Made by a program: the position numbers and the translations under genes
DNA from: an uncultured delta proteobacterium
GTDB lineage: Bacteria; Desulfobacterota; Desulfuromonadia; Desulfuromonadales; JACZKF01
Reading direction: 5' to 3'
NCBI GenBank assembly: GCA_963816395.1
Contig: CAWFKQ010000016.1
Span: 640,001 to 704,000 of the forward strand
Length of the DNA stretch: 64,000 nt
Shown: in pieces, positions 32,782 to 43,585 of the stretch
Numbering within the stretch: the stretch's first letter is position 1
Layout: every line of letters begins with the position of its first letter
Notes under the pieces: model-generated
The model's database searches: none
Told to the model about the DNA's origin: nothing
Seen by the model: only the letters and a program-made list of their open reading frames with translations

Positions 32782-34344
32782 TCAAGCAACCGCTTCTTTG
32801 GACTGATTCGCTCGTGGCTCGTTGGCGGTTGACTGGCTGGCCAGGTAGGCCATGTGGTCGTGCATCAGCGCGCCGTGCGGCAGTGCCTCCCAGAAGGGCC
32901 CCAGATCCCGGCGGATCTTGTCGGTGAAAAAGTCGGGAAGCGTCTTCGTTTCGCCTTCAAAAAAGGCCCGCAACTGGCCGCCCGCCCGCAACTGGCCGTG
33001 AAGCTTGTTGTAATATTCGACCTTCTTGTTGGTTGCCGCGCGCAAGGCGCTGTACCAGCGCGTGTGAAAGCCGGTGGTGGCCCGCAAGCGCCGGGCGATG
33101 CGCGTCATCGAATGGGTATCGCCGAAGAGGTCGGCGACATGTCCGAAAAAGTCTGGCCAGCCGTAGTGCTTTGGTCGGACATTCATGCCGCGTGTGCTGT
33201 TCAAAAAATGGAAGGGAACCGGGATGACCCGACCATCGGACTGGAATTCGAGATTGAGCGGTGCCGCCCGGCCATAGGCGGTCAACAGCGAGTAGACGGG
33301 AAAGGCGCCCGGTGCGAGGTCGAGGAATCGCTTGGTGAGCTCGAACGGCTCGGCACCCTCGTCACAATCGAGACCGAGCATCAAGTTGGTCTGCACGAAG
33401 GGAATATAGCGTAGGATCATGTTGACCTGCTCGGCGACCTGCCGGACTTTGTCCATCCCCATATTGTTTCCCGATTTTGACTTGTTACCGAGCGAATACC
33501 AGGATTCGATGCCGGGCAATACGGCGACGAAGCTGTTTTTCTTGAGCCGTTTGAGATGAGATTCGGGTAATAGCGACAGGCTGCTCTCGGCAATGAAATC
33601 CATGCGGCCAGGCGGCACCGCTTCCTCGATGGCGGAGAGATAGTCGTCGAAGCAGATGCCGAAATTGGGGTCGTGCCAGGCAATGCGCGGTCGCTTCACC
33701 TGCTTTAGCAAAAAGCGCAGATCCTCGCGCATCTGGTCGAAGCCGAGGGTCTGATAGTCGATAACGGAATCGATGCAGAAGCTGCACGTGTAGGGACACC
33801 CCGTGCTGCCGATCATCGGAATGATCTTGAAAGCAGGCGCCTTCCTGATCGTCGCTTCGATGAATTTCCAGCGCTCGCGCACACCGGGCAGCATGGTAGG
33901 CTGCTTCCTCGATGCCATCAGACGCCCGAAGGGCCGGTGCGGGGCGCCGTCGGCCAGGACGTCTTCAACGATGCCCTTGTCGGTCAGGCCCAGCACATAA
34001 TCGAAATAGAGGGCCGCATCCTCCGGATAGCAGCGCGCATGCGGCCCGCCGAGCACCGTCACCGCGCCGTGGCGGCGGAAGATCGCGCTGATGGCATAGG
34101 CAAGTTGCGCCGAGAGCGTGAAGGCGCCGATGAAGGCGATGTCGGTATCGTCGAGCAGGTCCCGGTTGAACTCCTCGATCCCGGTATAGCAGATGAACCG
34201 CACCTCATGCCCGAGCTCTTCGCACCAGACCGCGATCGCCTGCGGCATGATGCTGGCCTTGTTCGCGTTCATGACCCTGGAATAGAGTTTACTGGTGGGT
34301 TTGTTGCTGACGATATCGATGATGGTGATCTTTAAATGTTTCAC
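32782..34344 (-). CDS. B12-binding domain radical SAM protein
   Basis: TVLGGPHA (cobalamin-binding region), GCPYTCSFC, WHDPNFG, PGIES. Confidence 0.85.
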   Translation of the reverse strand: MKHLKITIIDIVSNKPTSKLYSRVMNANKASIMPQAIAVWCEELGHEVRFICYTGIEEFNRDLLDDTDIAFIGAFTLSAQLAYAISAIFRRHGAVTVLGGPHARCYPEDAALYFDYVLGLTDKGIVEDVLADGAPHRPFGRLMASRKQPTMLPGVRERWKFIEATIRKAPAFKIIPMIGSTGCPYTCSFCIDSVIDYQTLGFDQMREDLRFLLKQVKRPRIAWHDPNFGICFDDYLSAIEEAVPPGRMDFIAESSLSLLPESHLKRLKKNSFVAVLPGIESWYSLGNKSKSGNNMGMDKVRQVAEQVNMILRYIPFVQTNLMLGLDCDEGAEPFELTKRFLDLAPGAFPVYSLLTAYGRAAPLNLEFQSDGRVIPVPFHFLNSTRGMNVRPKHYGWPDFFGHVADLFGDTHSMTRIARRLRATTGFHTRWYSALRAATNKKVEYYNKLHGQLRAGGQLRAFFEGETKTLPDFFTDKIRRDLGPFWEALPHGALMHDHMAYLASQSTANEPRANQSKEAVA

Positions 34345-34408
34345 TAAGAGTCCTCATCTTGTTTGCATAGAATTGATCTCCGCGTGAGCCGATTCTAGAC
34401 TGCCACGT

Positions 34409-34615
34409 CTAAGGCAGGTTTAGGGGGTGGGGGGAACGTTTTCTCCCCGAAGCGACCGACGACTCCTCCTTGTTCAGGACCACAATGAGATCGATCTCGC
34501 TCTCGTCGCCGGCCGTGCCCAGGGCATGAGAGCCGAACAGGATGATTCTGGACGGATTCAGGGAAATCAGCCGAGTTTTAATCTCATCAATAAGCTGAAG
34601 CTGCTTCGGCCCCAT
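34409..34615 (-). pseudogene. Truncated minimal nucleotidyltransferase (MNT antitoxin-like) fragment
   Basis: [26 protein letters not shown] (GS-X10-ExD), then loss of similarity; no cognate toxin next to it. Confidence 0.6.
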
Positions 34616-34723
34616 GTTCGTCTCCTGTGCGGTGGGAAATCTCATGCCAGAATCATCCCAATCCGCTCTCTTGTCAAGAAAACCCATTGGAACCTCATGG
34701 CTTTTAGACGCAAGCCATAAAAT

Positions 34724-34755
34724 AAAGGGGCAAACCCACCAAGGTTCGGCCCTTT
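34724..34755 (+). terminator. Terminator-like hairpin forming the intron's 5' exon target
   Basis: AAAGGGGCAAACC-CACCAA-GGTTCGGCCCTTT, ending 5 nt before the intron's GTGCG. Confidence 0.7.
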
Positions 34756-34760
34756 CACAT

Positions 34761-36694
34761 GTGCGCCAGGCATGGCGCGTAGCGCCTTGACTGGCGCTGT
34801 TTTGGCCGTTGTGGTGGCGGCCGGATGACTTGGGGGTGCAAGTCCCCTGTGGACCCTGATGGCGGGAACCACTAGCCGGACGGCAAGGGTGTCCACCGCG
34901 AGGTGGAATCTGAAGGAAGCCGCAGGCAAACTCCCGGCCCGACGAACAGAAACCGCATATGAGGCAGTCTCATCCGGGCGAGAAGGCATGTATCTTCAAA
35001 GCCCTATAGCCATCCGGGAGGATGGGGCTGTAGATGCGGCGGGTATATGGGAGGAAGGTCACGCGCATTACCCTGGGAGGTCTGTCGGCCTGCCTCGTGC
35101 TACTGGCGTCGAGAGGCGTTGGGATGGGTCGGCAGAAGTCAGCAGAGGCCATACGAGTCGGTTTAACCATCCGGCAAAGGGCCGAACATGAAGGAAGCGG
35201 CCAGGAGCCTCGAATTTCGATGACGACAGGAGCAGCAGAAGGCCGGGTTGAGAGGCCCGGCGCCACGCCGGAGGGTAGCGGTCAGAAACCGCGAGGGCAC
35301 GGCAGTGGTGCGGCAAACGTCACGGGAAGGAGAGCCACTTGCTGGCCGGAAGCGGCAACGGGACTGATGGAGAAGGTCGTCAGTCGCGGCAACATGATGG
35401 CGGCCTACTCGCGGGTCATGCGCAACAAGGGAGCGCCCGGCACAGATGGCATGCCGGTAACGGCCCTGAAGGGTTACCTGCAGAACGAGTGGCCGCGCAT
35501 CAGGGAAGAACTGCTGGCGGGGAGATATCACCCGCAACCGGTGCGGAAAGTAGAAATCCCCAAACCGGGAGGCGGAGCACGGATGCTGGGAATCCCCAGC
35601 GTCCTTGACCGGCTCATCCAGCAGGCGGTGCACCAGGTTTTAAACCCGCTGTTCGATCCCGGATTTTCGGAAAGCTCCTACGGGTTTCGCCCCGGCAGAA
35701 GCGCCCATCAAGCCATCAAGGCAGCTCGCAAGCATGTAGAAAGCGGCCTGAGATGGGTGGTCGATATCGACCTGGAGAAATTCTTCGACCGCGTCCACCA
35801 CGACACCCTCATGTCGCTGGTGAAACGCAAGGTCGCAGACCGCCTGGTGCTGTCTCTGATCGACAGCTACCTCAAGGCTGGGATACTCGAAGGAGGATTG
35901 ATCACGGCACGGGTGGAAGGTACGCCGCAAGGTGGACCGCTCTCCCCGCTGCTGTCCAACATCCTGCTTGACGAACTGGACAAGGAACTGGAGGGAAGGG
36001 GTCACACGTTCTGCCGTTACGCCGACGATTGCAACATCTACGTTGCCACGCGCACGAGCGGCGAGCGGGTCATGGCCTCCCTCACCAGTTACCTGTCCGA
36101 GCGGCTCAAACTCACGGTCAACCAAGTCAAAAGCGCGGTCGATCGTCCGTGGAAAAGAGCGTTTCTGAGCTACAGCATGACCTGGCACCGCCAACCACGG
36201 CTGACCGTGGCCAAGAAAGCGGTTGCCAGGCACAAGGCCACTCTCAAGACGATCTTTCGACGGGGCAGGGGGAAGCGCCTCCAAACCACCATCGAAGAGA
36301 CCACCCTGAAACTGCGGGGCTGGCTGAACTACTTCCGGTATGCGGAAGTAAAAGGCATCTTCGATGAACTGGATGGCTGGCTGAGGCGGAAACTGCGGCG
36401 GATTCTTTGGAAGCAGTGGAAGCGTCCCTATACGCGAGCCAGGAACCTGATGCGGCGGGGGTTATCGGAGGCGACTGCATGGAAATCGGCCACAAACGGC
36501 CGCGGCCCCTGGTGGAACGCAGGGGCCGCGCATATGCACAAAGCCTTTCCGAAGTCCTACTTCGATAAACTGGGACTGGTGTCTCTCATGGACCAGTACC
36601 ACCGACTTCAACACACTTCATGAACCGCCGTGTACGGAACCGTACGCACGGTGGTGTGGGAGGACGGCGGGGGTGACCCCGCCTCCTACCCGAT
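34761..36694 (+). mobile_element. Group II intron, bacterial class C (IIC)
   Basis: 5' end GTGCGCC. Domain V GAACCGCCGTGTACGGAACCGTACGCACGGTGGTGTG with CGC triad. Domain VI GGCGGGGGTGACCCCGCCTCCTACCCGAT. Inserted just after a hairpin. Confidence 0.93.
35220..36623 (+). CDS. ltrA: Group II intron reverse transcriptase/maturase, no endonuclease domain
   Basis: NKGAPGTDG, RMLGIP..LDRLIQQA, SYGFRPGRS, DIDLEKFFD, GTPQGGPLSPLL, RYADD, LRGWLNYF. Exact start codon uncertain. Confidence 0.93.
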   Translation: MTTGAAEGRVERPGATPEGSGQKPRGHGSGAANVTGRRATCWPEAATGLMEKVVSRGNMMAAYSRVMRNKGAPGTDGMPVTALKGYLQNEWPRIREELLAGRYHPQPVRKVEIPKPGGGARMLGIPSVLDRLIQQAVHQVLNPLFDPGFSESSYGFRPGRSAHQAIKAARKHVESGLRWVVDIDLEKFFDRVHHDTLMSLVKRKVADRLVLSLIDSYLKAGILEGGLITARVEGTPQGGPLSPLLSNILLDELDKELEGRGHTFCRYADDCNIYVATRTSGERVMASLTSYLSERLKLTVNQVKSAVDRPWKRAFLSYSMTWHRQPRLTVAKKAVARHKATLKTIFRRGRGKRLQTTIEETTLKLRGWLNYFRYAEVKGIFDELDGWLRRKLRRILWKQWKRPYTRARNLMRRGLSEATAWKSATNGRGPWWNAGAAHMHKAFPKSYFDKLGLVSLMDQYHRLQHTS

Positions 36695-36963
36695 CTGATA
36701 TTCTCACGCCTGTTCAGGCGACACTTCCCCTCGCCAGCTCCAACAAAATCCGATATTCCTCCCCAAACCGGCAAACCGCCTGATCGGAAGCAATACAGGC
36801 AATCAGGTCGGCAATAGCCGGAAACAGCCTTGCTAGCGATCCCCTCGCCGATATATGGTAGCTATCGAAATATTTCCAAGCCGACCGAAAGGCCTTCCAT
36901 GGTGGTCTCGAACAAAAATCCGCGAAAACTTACGCCTATTCGGGACAGGCGGGAGGAGGTGCG

Positions 36964-38735
36964 GTGAAATCGCTCCTCCGCCTCTATGCCTATCTGCGGC
37001 CGTACCGCGGCCGGGCCGCCGTCGCCCTGCTCCTGCTCTTTGGCATGGTCGGGGCGGACCTGCTCATCCCGCGCCTGACGCAGCGGATCATCGATCAGGG
37101 GATCGGGGCGCACGACCTCCAGGTAGTCATCCATACGGCCTTCATCATGGTGGGCGCTTCGCTCCTGTCCGCGGTCTTTGCCACCGCCAACAATTACCTC
37201 TCGGTGAGCGCCGCCATGGGGTTCGGCGCCGATATCCGCAGCGCCCTCATCCGCAAGGTGCAGTCCTTTTCCTTTGAAAATCTCGACCGGCTGCAGACCG
37301 GCAAACTCATCGTCCGCTCGACCAGCGACGTCAATGCGGTGCAGATGATCGTGATGCTGTCGCTGCGCATCCTCACCCGGGCGCCGATCTGGACGCTCGG
37401 CGCCAGCGTCCTGCTCATTCTCACCAGCCCCCGGCTCGCCCTGATCATGGCGGGGTTCGTGCCGCTGATCGTCGTGCTCGTCTGGCTCTTTGCCCGCCGG
37501 ACCCAGCCGCTGTTCCTGCGGGTCCAGCAGGGGCTCGACCGGCTCAACGTCGTTCTCCAGGAAAACCTCGCCGGGATGCGGGTGGTCAAGGCCTTCGTCC
37601 GCACCGGGCACGAAGCGGAGCGCTTCGATGAAGCCAACCAGGAGCTGATGCGCCGGACGATCGGGGTCGCGAGCCTGATGGCGGTCTTCGCCCCATGCAT
37701 GCTCCTGGTCCTCAATCTGGCGATCGTCGCGGCGGTGTGGCTCGGCGGCCATATCGCCTTCGCCGGCGGGACTGTCGGTCGGCGAAGTGGTGGCGTCCAT
37801 CAACTATCTCTCCTTTGCCCTCTTTCCGATCCTCATGCTCACCGGCATGATCGGGCCCATCGCCGCGGCGGATGCCTCGGCGCGCCGGATCCTGGAGGTG
37901 CTCGACGCCGAACCGGCCGCCCGCCCGGCGGCAAATGCCGTGCGCCTCACCCAGCCCCGCGGCCGGATCGCCTTCGAGGGGGTCGGCTTCAGCTATGCCG
38001 GCACCGGTGCCGAGCCGGCGCTGGCGGATGTTTCCTTTGTCGCCGAACCCGGGGAAACGGTGGCCATCGTCGGGGCCACCGGCTCCGGCAAGTCGACGCT
38101 GATTCATCTCATCCCCCGTTTTTACGACGTGACAGCCGGCCGGCTCACCTTCGACGGCATCGATGTGCGGGAACTGGATCCGCACTCCCTGCGCGGTGCG
38201 ATCGGTATCGCTCTGCAGGAGTCGGTCCTGTTCAGCGGCAGCGTGCGCGACAACATCCGCTACGGCCGGCCGGCCGCCGGCGAAGAAGAAGTGAGGGCCG
38301 CGGCGCGGGCGGCCCAGGCCGACGAGTTCATCAGCGCCCTGCCCGCAGGCTACGACACGCTGATCGGTCAGCGCGGGGTGACGCTCTCCGGCGGGCAGCG
38401 CCAGCGGATCGCGATCGCCCGGGCGCTGCTGGTCAAACCCAAGGTCCTGATCCTGGACGATTCGACGAGCGCCCTCGATATCGAAACGGAAGTCCGGCTG
38501 CAGGAGGCCCTCGATCAGCTGATCGCCGCCTCAGACCACGCCACGACCCGCTTCATCGTCGCCCAGCGGATCGGCACGGTCCTCCTCGCCGACAAGATCG
38601 TCGTTCTCGATCAGGGGCGGATCAGCGCCATCGGCAGCCACCGCCGGCTGCTCGATCACCAGCGCGGTTTACCGGGATATCTATCGTTCCCAGCTGGGGG
38701 AACCGGCGGCGGGGAAAGCAGGTCGGCATGGCTGA
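36964..38735 (+). CDS. ABC exporter TMD-NBD subunit 1 (frameshifts near 37768 and 38656)
   Basis: TMD, GATGSGKS, LSGGQRQR, ILDDSTSALD, IVAQR (degenerate site). Corrected end YRDIYRSQL...TGA 38735. Confidence 0.85.
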
Positions 38736-40564
38736 CGGGAAAGCGCCCAAGGCCTCGCCGGTCCCCCTGCACGGCCTGCCGGGGCCGGGAGGGAGGGGCG
38801 GCCCCGGCCACGCCGCGGAACGGGCCAAGGATGTTCGGGGCGCGCTGCGCCGCCTGCTGGCCTATCTGCGCCCCCATCGGCGCACCCTTGTCCTGGTGGC
38901 CCTGATCGCCGCCCTCGGAACCGTGCTGGCGGTGGCCGCCCCCTACCTGATGGGGCGGGCCATCGATCAGCTGGTCGGCGGCAAGCCGGCCGCTCTCCTC
39001 CGCCTGATCCTGCTCATGCTGGGCGCCTACGTGCTCTCCGCGGCGGCGCAGCTGATCCAGGGCGTTCTGGTCGCCGATATCGCCCAGCAGGCGATGCGGG
39101 CTCTGCGGGCCGAGCTCTTCGCTCATCTCCAGAAGCTGTCCCTGCGGTTCTTCGATTCCCGGCGGCAGGGGGACCTGATGAGCCGGCTGACCAACGATAT
39201 GGATGCGGTCAGCCAGGTCCTGACCTACAACGCGGCGCAGCTGTTTACCGGTATCCTGACCCTGGCCGGCATCCTGGCGATCATCTTCGTCCTCAGCCCC
39301 TGGCTGGCCCTCGGCTCGATGATCGCCTTTCCCCTGATGATCGGTCTCGTCGGCCTGGCCGGGCGCAAGACCCGGTCGGCTTTCCGCAGCTATCAGAGCC
39401 GGCTGGGGGCGCTGAACGCCGTGCTCGAAGAGACCTACAGCGGTCAGCGGGTGGTGCTCGCCTACGGCCAGGAAGAGAGCGTACTGGCGCATTTCGACCA
39501 GGCGAACGAGGCGGTGCGGACGGCCGGCGTGCGGGCCATGAGCCTGGCCATGCTGGTGATGCCGATGATGGGGATCCTGTCGAACCTGAACGTGGCCATT
39601 CTCTGCGGCCTGGGCGGCTGGCTGGCGATCCGCGGGGTAGTGACCATCGGTACGATCGCCGCCTTCATCACCTACTCGCGCCGCTTTGCCGAGCCGCTGC
39701 GCCAGCTGGGCAACCTGTACAACCAGGTCCAGGGCGCGCTGGCCGGGGCCGAACGGATCTTCGAGCTGCTGGATACCGCTCCGGACCAGGTCGATCCCCC
39801 GGACGCCCTTCCCCTCCCCAGGGTGGCGGGGGAGGTGCGCCTCGAACACGTCACCTTTTCCTACCTGCCCGGCTATCCGGTGTTGAAGGACGTCTCTCTC
39901 CATGCCCGGATCGGCGAGCGGATCGCCCTCGTCGGGCCGACCGGAGCGGGAAAAACGACGCTGGTCAACCTGCTGTCGCGCTTCTACGATCCGGAGGCGG
40001 GGACGATCCGGATCGACGGCATCGATATCCGTACGGTGACGCGGGACAGCCTGCGGCGCCAGCTCGGAGTGGTCCTCCAGCAATCGTTCCTGTTCAGCGA
40101 GTCGGTGCTGGAGAACATCCGCTACGGCCGGCTGACCGCCACCGACGAAGAGGTCTTCGCCGCCGCCCGGCTCGCCCATGCCGACGGCTTCATCCGCCGG
40201 TTGCCGCAGGGCTACGATACGCCCCTTGCGGAGCGGGGCGGCAACCTTTCCGAAGGGCAGCGCCAGCTCGTCACCATCGCCCGCGCCATCCTGGCCGATC
40301 CGGCCATTCTCATCCTCGACGAGGCAACCAGTTCCGTCGACACCCGCACCGAACTGCAGATTCAAAAAGCCCTCGACCACCTGATGCAGGGGCGCACCAG
40401 CTTCGTCATCGCCCACCGGCTCTCCACCATCGCCAATGCCGATCAGCTGATCGTCATCGAGGACGGGCGGGTGATCGAACAGGGAACCCACCAGGAGCTC
40501 CTCGCCCACGGAGGGCGCCTACCACCGGCTGTACGCGAGCCAGTTCCGGGATCAGTCCTGCTGA
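38728..40564 (+). CDS. ABC exporter TMD-NBD subunit 2 (frameshift near 40513)
   Basis: GDLMSRLTND, GPTGAGKT, LSEGQRQ, ILDEATSSVD, IAHRL. Corrected end YHRLYASQF...TGA 40564. Confidence 0.87.
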
Positions 40565-40693
40565 AGTTGCCGGGACCTCTCCCGGCCGGTTTCGGTCCGG
40601 CTGCCGTTTCCGCAGGTCCCGCGCACGGCAAGCACGGGAGCGGTGACGCCCGGACTCCGAGACCCGCAATTCAGGCGGTTCCATCTGACGACG

Positions 40694-40724
40694 AAAGGGA
40701 CGGCTCCCGTGAGCCGTCCCTTTT
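40694..40724. terminator. Bidirectional Rho-independent terminator
   Basis: AAAGGGACGGCTC-CCGT-GAGCCGTCCCTTTT between convergent genes. Confidence 0.8.
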
Positions 40725-40803
40725 GTATGCGTGCGTCTGTCACTGTAATTAGTTGCTGGGGGTCTACCACCGTCGGCAGGTGGCGGACCCCGCCTTTCTG
40801 TCG

Positions 40804-41109
40804 TCAGCCCTCCAGCCGGAACCCGTCGCCGGCATACTGAATGTTGGCGGCATCGGTGGCGCGCGGCGGCGAGACCGCATGGACGCCGCCGCAGGCGGGG
40901 CAACTGCCGACATGGGTGGTCAAGACAAAGGGCGCGCCGCATCCCTGACAAAGGGTGGCCAGGCCGCCATTGGGGATCTCGCGCCGCCGCAGGGCGCCGC
41001 CGTGGGCCTGCGCCACGAACTCCACCAGTTCCCGTCCCTCGGCGAAAGGGCCACCCAGCCCGTGCCCATGGCCATGGCCATGACCGCTACCACATCCACA
41101 TCCTGACAT
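40804..41109 (-). CDS. Small His/Cys-rich putative metal-binding protein
   Basis: MSGCGCGSGHGHGHGHG, CQGC, CPACGGVH. AAGGAG RBS. Confidence 0.78.
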   Translation of the reverse strand: MSGCGCGSGHGHGHGHGLGGPFAEGRELVEFVAQAHGGALRRREIPNGGLATLCQGCGAPFVLTTHVGSCPACGGVHAVSPPRATDAANIQYAGDGFRLEG

Positions 41110-41286
41110 ATTGATTCTCCTTTGAGTTGAGTTTGTGGAATCTGGCTGGCAGTCTACCCGTTCTTATCGCCTGCTTCCCTGACCTGGGTCAAAAAATGGA
41201 CGTGGAAACGAGGGCCTGCAACTGGCGGGGAAATTACTCCAGAAACGGAAGAGCGCGCGATTCTCCGACTGGACCTCGACGAGAAA

Positions 41287-42474
41287 TCACCTCGGTTCCC
41301 CCCGGAAGAACCAGTAAACGAGTGCCCCCAGGGGAACCAGGACACTCATGGCCGCCACCCCCCGCCAGCCCCCCAGGGCGTAGCACCCGGTGGCGGCCGC
41401 CGAACCCAGGGCGCCACCGGCGAAAAAACTGGTCATATAGGCCGTATTGATGCGGCTGCGCGCATCGGGACGCAGCCGAAAAATTTCCCCCTGGTTGAGG
41501 ATGTGGGCCCCCTGCACGCCGATGTCGAGCAACAGGACGCCGCCGATGATGGCGGCCAGGGAGTATTGCCATACCCCCATCAGCGCGAAGGACAGGGCAA
41601 CCAGCGCCAGGAATCCGCCGGTACCGCCCCGGTTGTGGCCGTGATCATGCAGATGCCCGGCCACCGAGGCACACAGGGCCCCCGCCACTCCGACGATCCC
41701 GAACGCCCCTATGGCGCTGTTGGTATAGTGGTAGGGCGCGCCGCTCAGCAAGAACGGCAAGGTGGTCCAGAAGGCGCTGAAGGCGGAGAAAACGGCCATG
41801 CCGTAGAGCATGCGGCTGCGCAGTAGCGGTTCTTCCCGCACCATGGACAGCACGGACCCCAGCAGTTTCTTATAGGAAGTGGTGCTCTGCGGCCGCTCAT
41901 CGCTCAGCACCCGCGCCAGCACGAGCGCCTGCAGGAGCATCAATCCGGCAGCCAGCCAGAACACCATGCGCCATCCCAGAATATCCGCAATCACCCCGGA
42001 GACCGTCCGCGCCAGCAGAATCCCCAGCAGCAGTCCGGTCATCACCCTGCCCACGACCCGGCCTCTCTCATGGTCGGCCGCCAGATGCGCCACATAAGGG
42101 ATCAGCACCTGCGCCACCACCGCGGTAACCCCCATCACCAGGGAGGCCACCTCAAAGATTGCCAGCGAAGGAGCCAGCGCAGCTGTGGCACAGGCCAACG
42201 CGGTAACGAGGGTCATTCCCGCCACCAGGCGCCGACGGTTCATCTGATCGCCCAGCGGCACCAGAAACATCAGTCCCAGGGCGTACCCCACCTGGGTGAT
42301 GGTCACCACCAGCCCGGTCTGGTGTTCCGGGACCTGAAAAGCGTCGGCGAGGGTCGCCAGCAGGGGTTGGGCATAATAGAGATTGGCCACGGCAAGCCCG
42401 GAGGCCACGGCCATCAATACGACCCGGCCGCCGCTCAGACCGGAGGACGGCTTGTTCTCGCTACGCGAATGCAA
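41287..42474 (-). CDS. MFS transporter
   Basis: VANLYYAQPLL, LVPLGD, GILLART, multiple TM segments, RSRINTAYM. TTG start inferred. Confidence 0.9.
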   Translation of the reverse strand: MHSRSENKPSSGLSGGRVVLMAVASGLAVANLYYAQPLLATLADAFQVPEHQTGLVVTITQVGYALGLMFLVPLGDQMNRRRLVAGMTLVTALACATAALAPSLAIFEVASLVMGVTAVVAQVLIPYVAHLAADHERGRVVGRVMTGLLLGILLARTVSGVIADILGWRMVFWLAAGLMLLQALVLARVLSDERPQSTTSYKKLLGSVLSMVREEPLLRSRMLYGMAVFSAFSAFWTTLPFLLSGAPYHYTNSAIGAFGIVGVAGALCASVAGHLHDHGHNRGGTGGFLALVALSFALMGVWQYSLAAIIGGVLLLDIGVQGAHILNQGEIFRLRPDARSRINTAYMTSFFAGGALGSAAATGCYALGGWRGVAAMSVLVPLGALVYWFFRGEPR

Positions 42475-42503
42475 ATGAAATCCCCCAATACGGGACAAGC
42501 AGG

Positions 42504-43545
42504 TCAGGAATGGCTCAGCGCCCAAAACTCATGCAATGCCGACAACGTGCGCGGCCGCACGCCGATGGTGCGCCGGCCTTTTTTCTCCCATTGCGAAATG
42601 CTGGCGGCGGTTATGCCGATGCGGGCCGCGAAGGTCGCCTGAGTCTCCCCGAGGGATAACCGCCAGGCGTAGATGGCGTCGCCGGTGAGAGGTTCGGGGA
42701 AGGAATCCCCCCTGGCCGATTTTTGGGTTGCCCTGGTCTTTGCCGCTTTGGTTTTTGTCCGTGGAGACCGCACGGGAAGATGGTACCTCAGCTTTGACCG
42801 GGGCAGGGGAGGCTTCTGCCGAAACCGCCTCGTCAGTTTCGACCAGATCGATGCCGAACACACCGGCAACGCCGGTTGCGGCGATCCTCCGGCGGGAGGT
42901 TCCCGCTTTGGCCACCTCCGCAACCGCCGCGGAGACATCCACCAACTCTGCGTGATCAACCCCGCGCAGCAGAAAGAGCAACTCCGGGGCGTGATCCAGG
43001 CGGGCGCCCACCCCGTAGAGTGCGGCCGCCACATGCTTGCACATGCCGGCCAGATCCGGACAGTCGCAAGCGAATTTCATTTCCCCGGGGAGCGGAAAAA
43101 GTCCCTCCTGGCGATCCGAAACGATCTCCATGACGGCACGGTCCAGCTTGCCGCGCAGCAGGTCGATCAGCGAGCCGATCCGGCCGATGCAGGCCGACCG
43201 GAGGCCATCCCATCGTTTTTTCGTCAGCGCCGAGACCGTGATGGCGACATTATACAACTGCGATCCGCTGACGATGGCTTTGATCAGACCGCTCTGGATC
43301 TCGAGATGACAGACGGAGCCGTTCCGGACGTAGGAGCGACCCCGGGGCAGACGATTGGCGTAATCGCTGAACGACTCCATATGGTCGCACCACCCTTTGC
43401 CCCAGAAGGACCCGGCGATCCTGCGGCCGGCGAGATCCACCGGTTGCACCTTGAGCCCCTTCTTCTTCAGCTTTTCCAGCGCTTTGGCCGCTTTCGCCCG
43501 CCGCTCCGCCACCGTCACATAGGAAGGCCATTCGTAATAATTCAT
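42504..43545 (-). CDS. SWIM zinc-finger protein with C-terminal XRE-like HTH (frameshift near 42760)
   Basis: NRLPRGRSY and CDCPD...CKH SWIM motif. The shifted frame gives WRLSLGETQATFAARIGITAASISQWEK. Confidence 0.78.
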
Positions 43546-43585
43546 GTCGGGATTCTTTCTGCCGGCGTCCCCGGCGGCGGTTTCT

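Noticed and set aside
35220..36623. RT as a retron, DGR or defence RT
   Set aside because: Flanked by canonical group II intron ends and has a maturase X domain.
36765..36835. GGCAAACC-containing stretch as a c-di-GMP riboswitch
   Set aside because: No GAAA-capped P2 or GCAAAGC junction follows.
36964..40752. 1262-aa ORF resembling a fused ABC transporter
   Set aside because: Chimera: frameshifts join the TMD of gene 1 through out-of-frame sequence to gene 2. The real NBD1 is in ORF 37787..38905.
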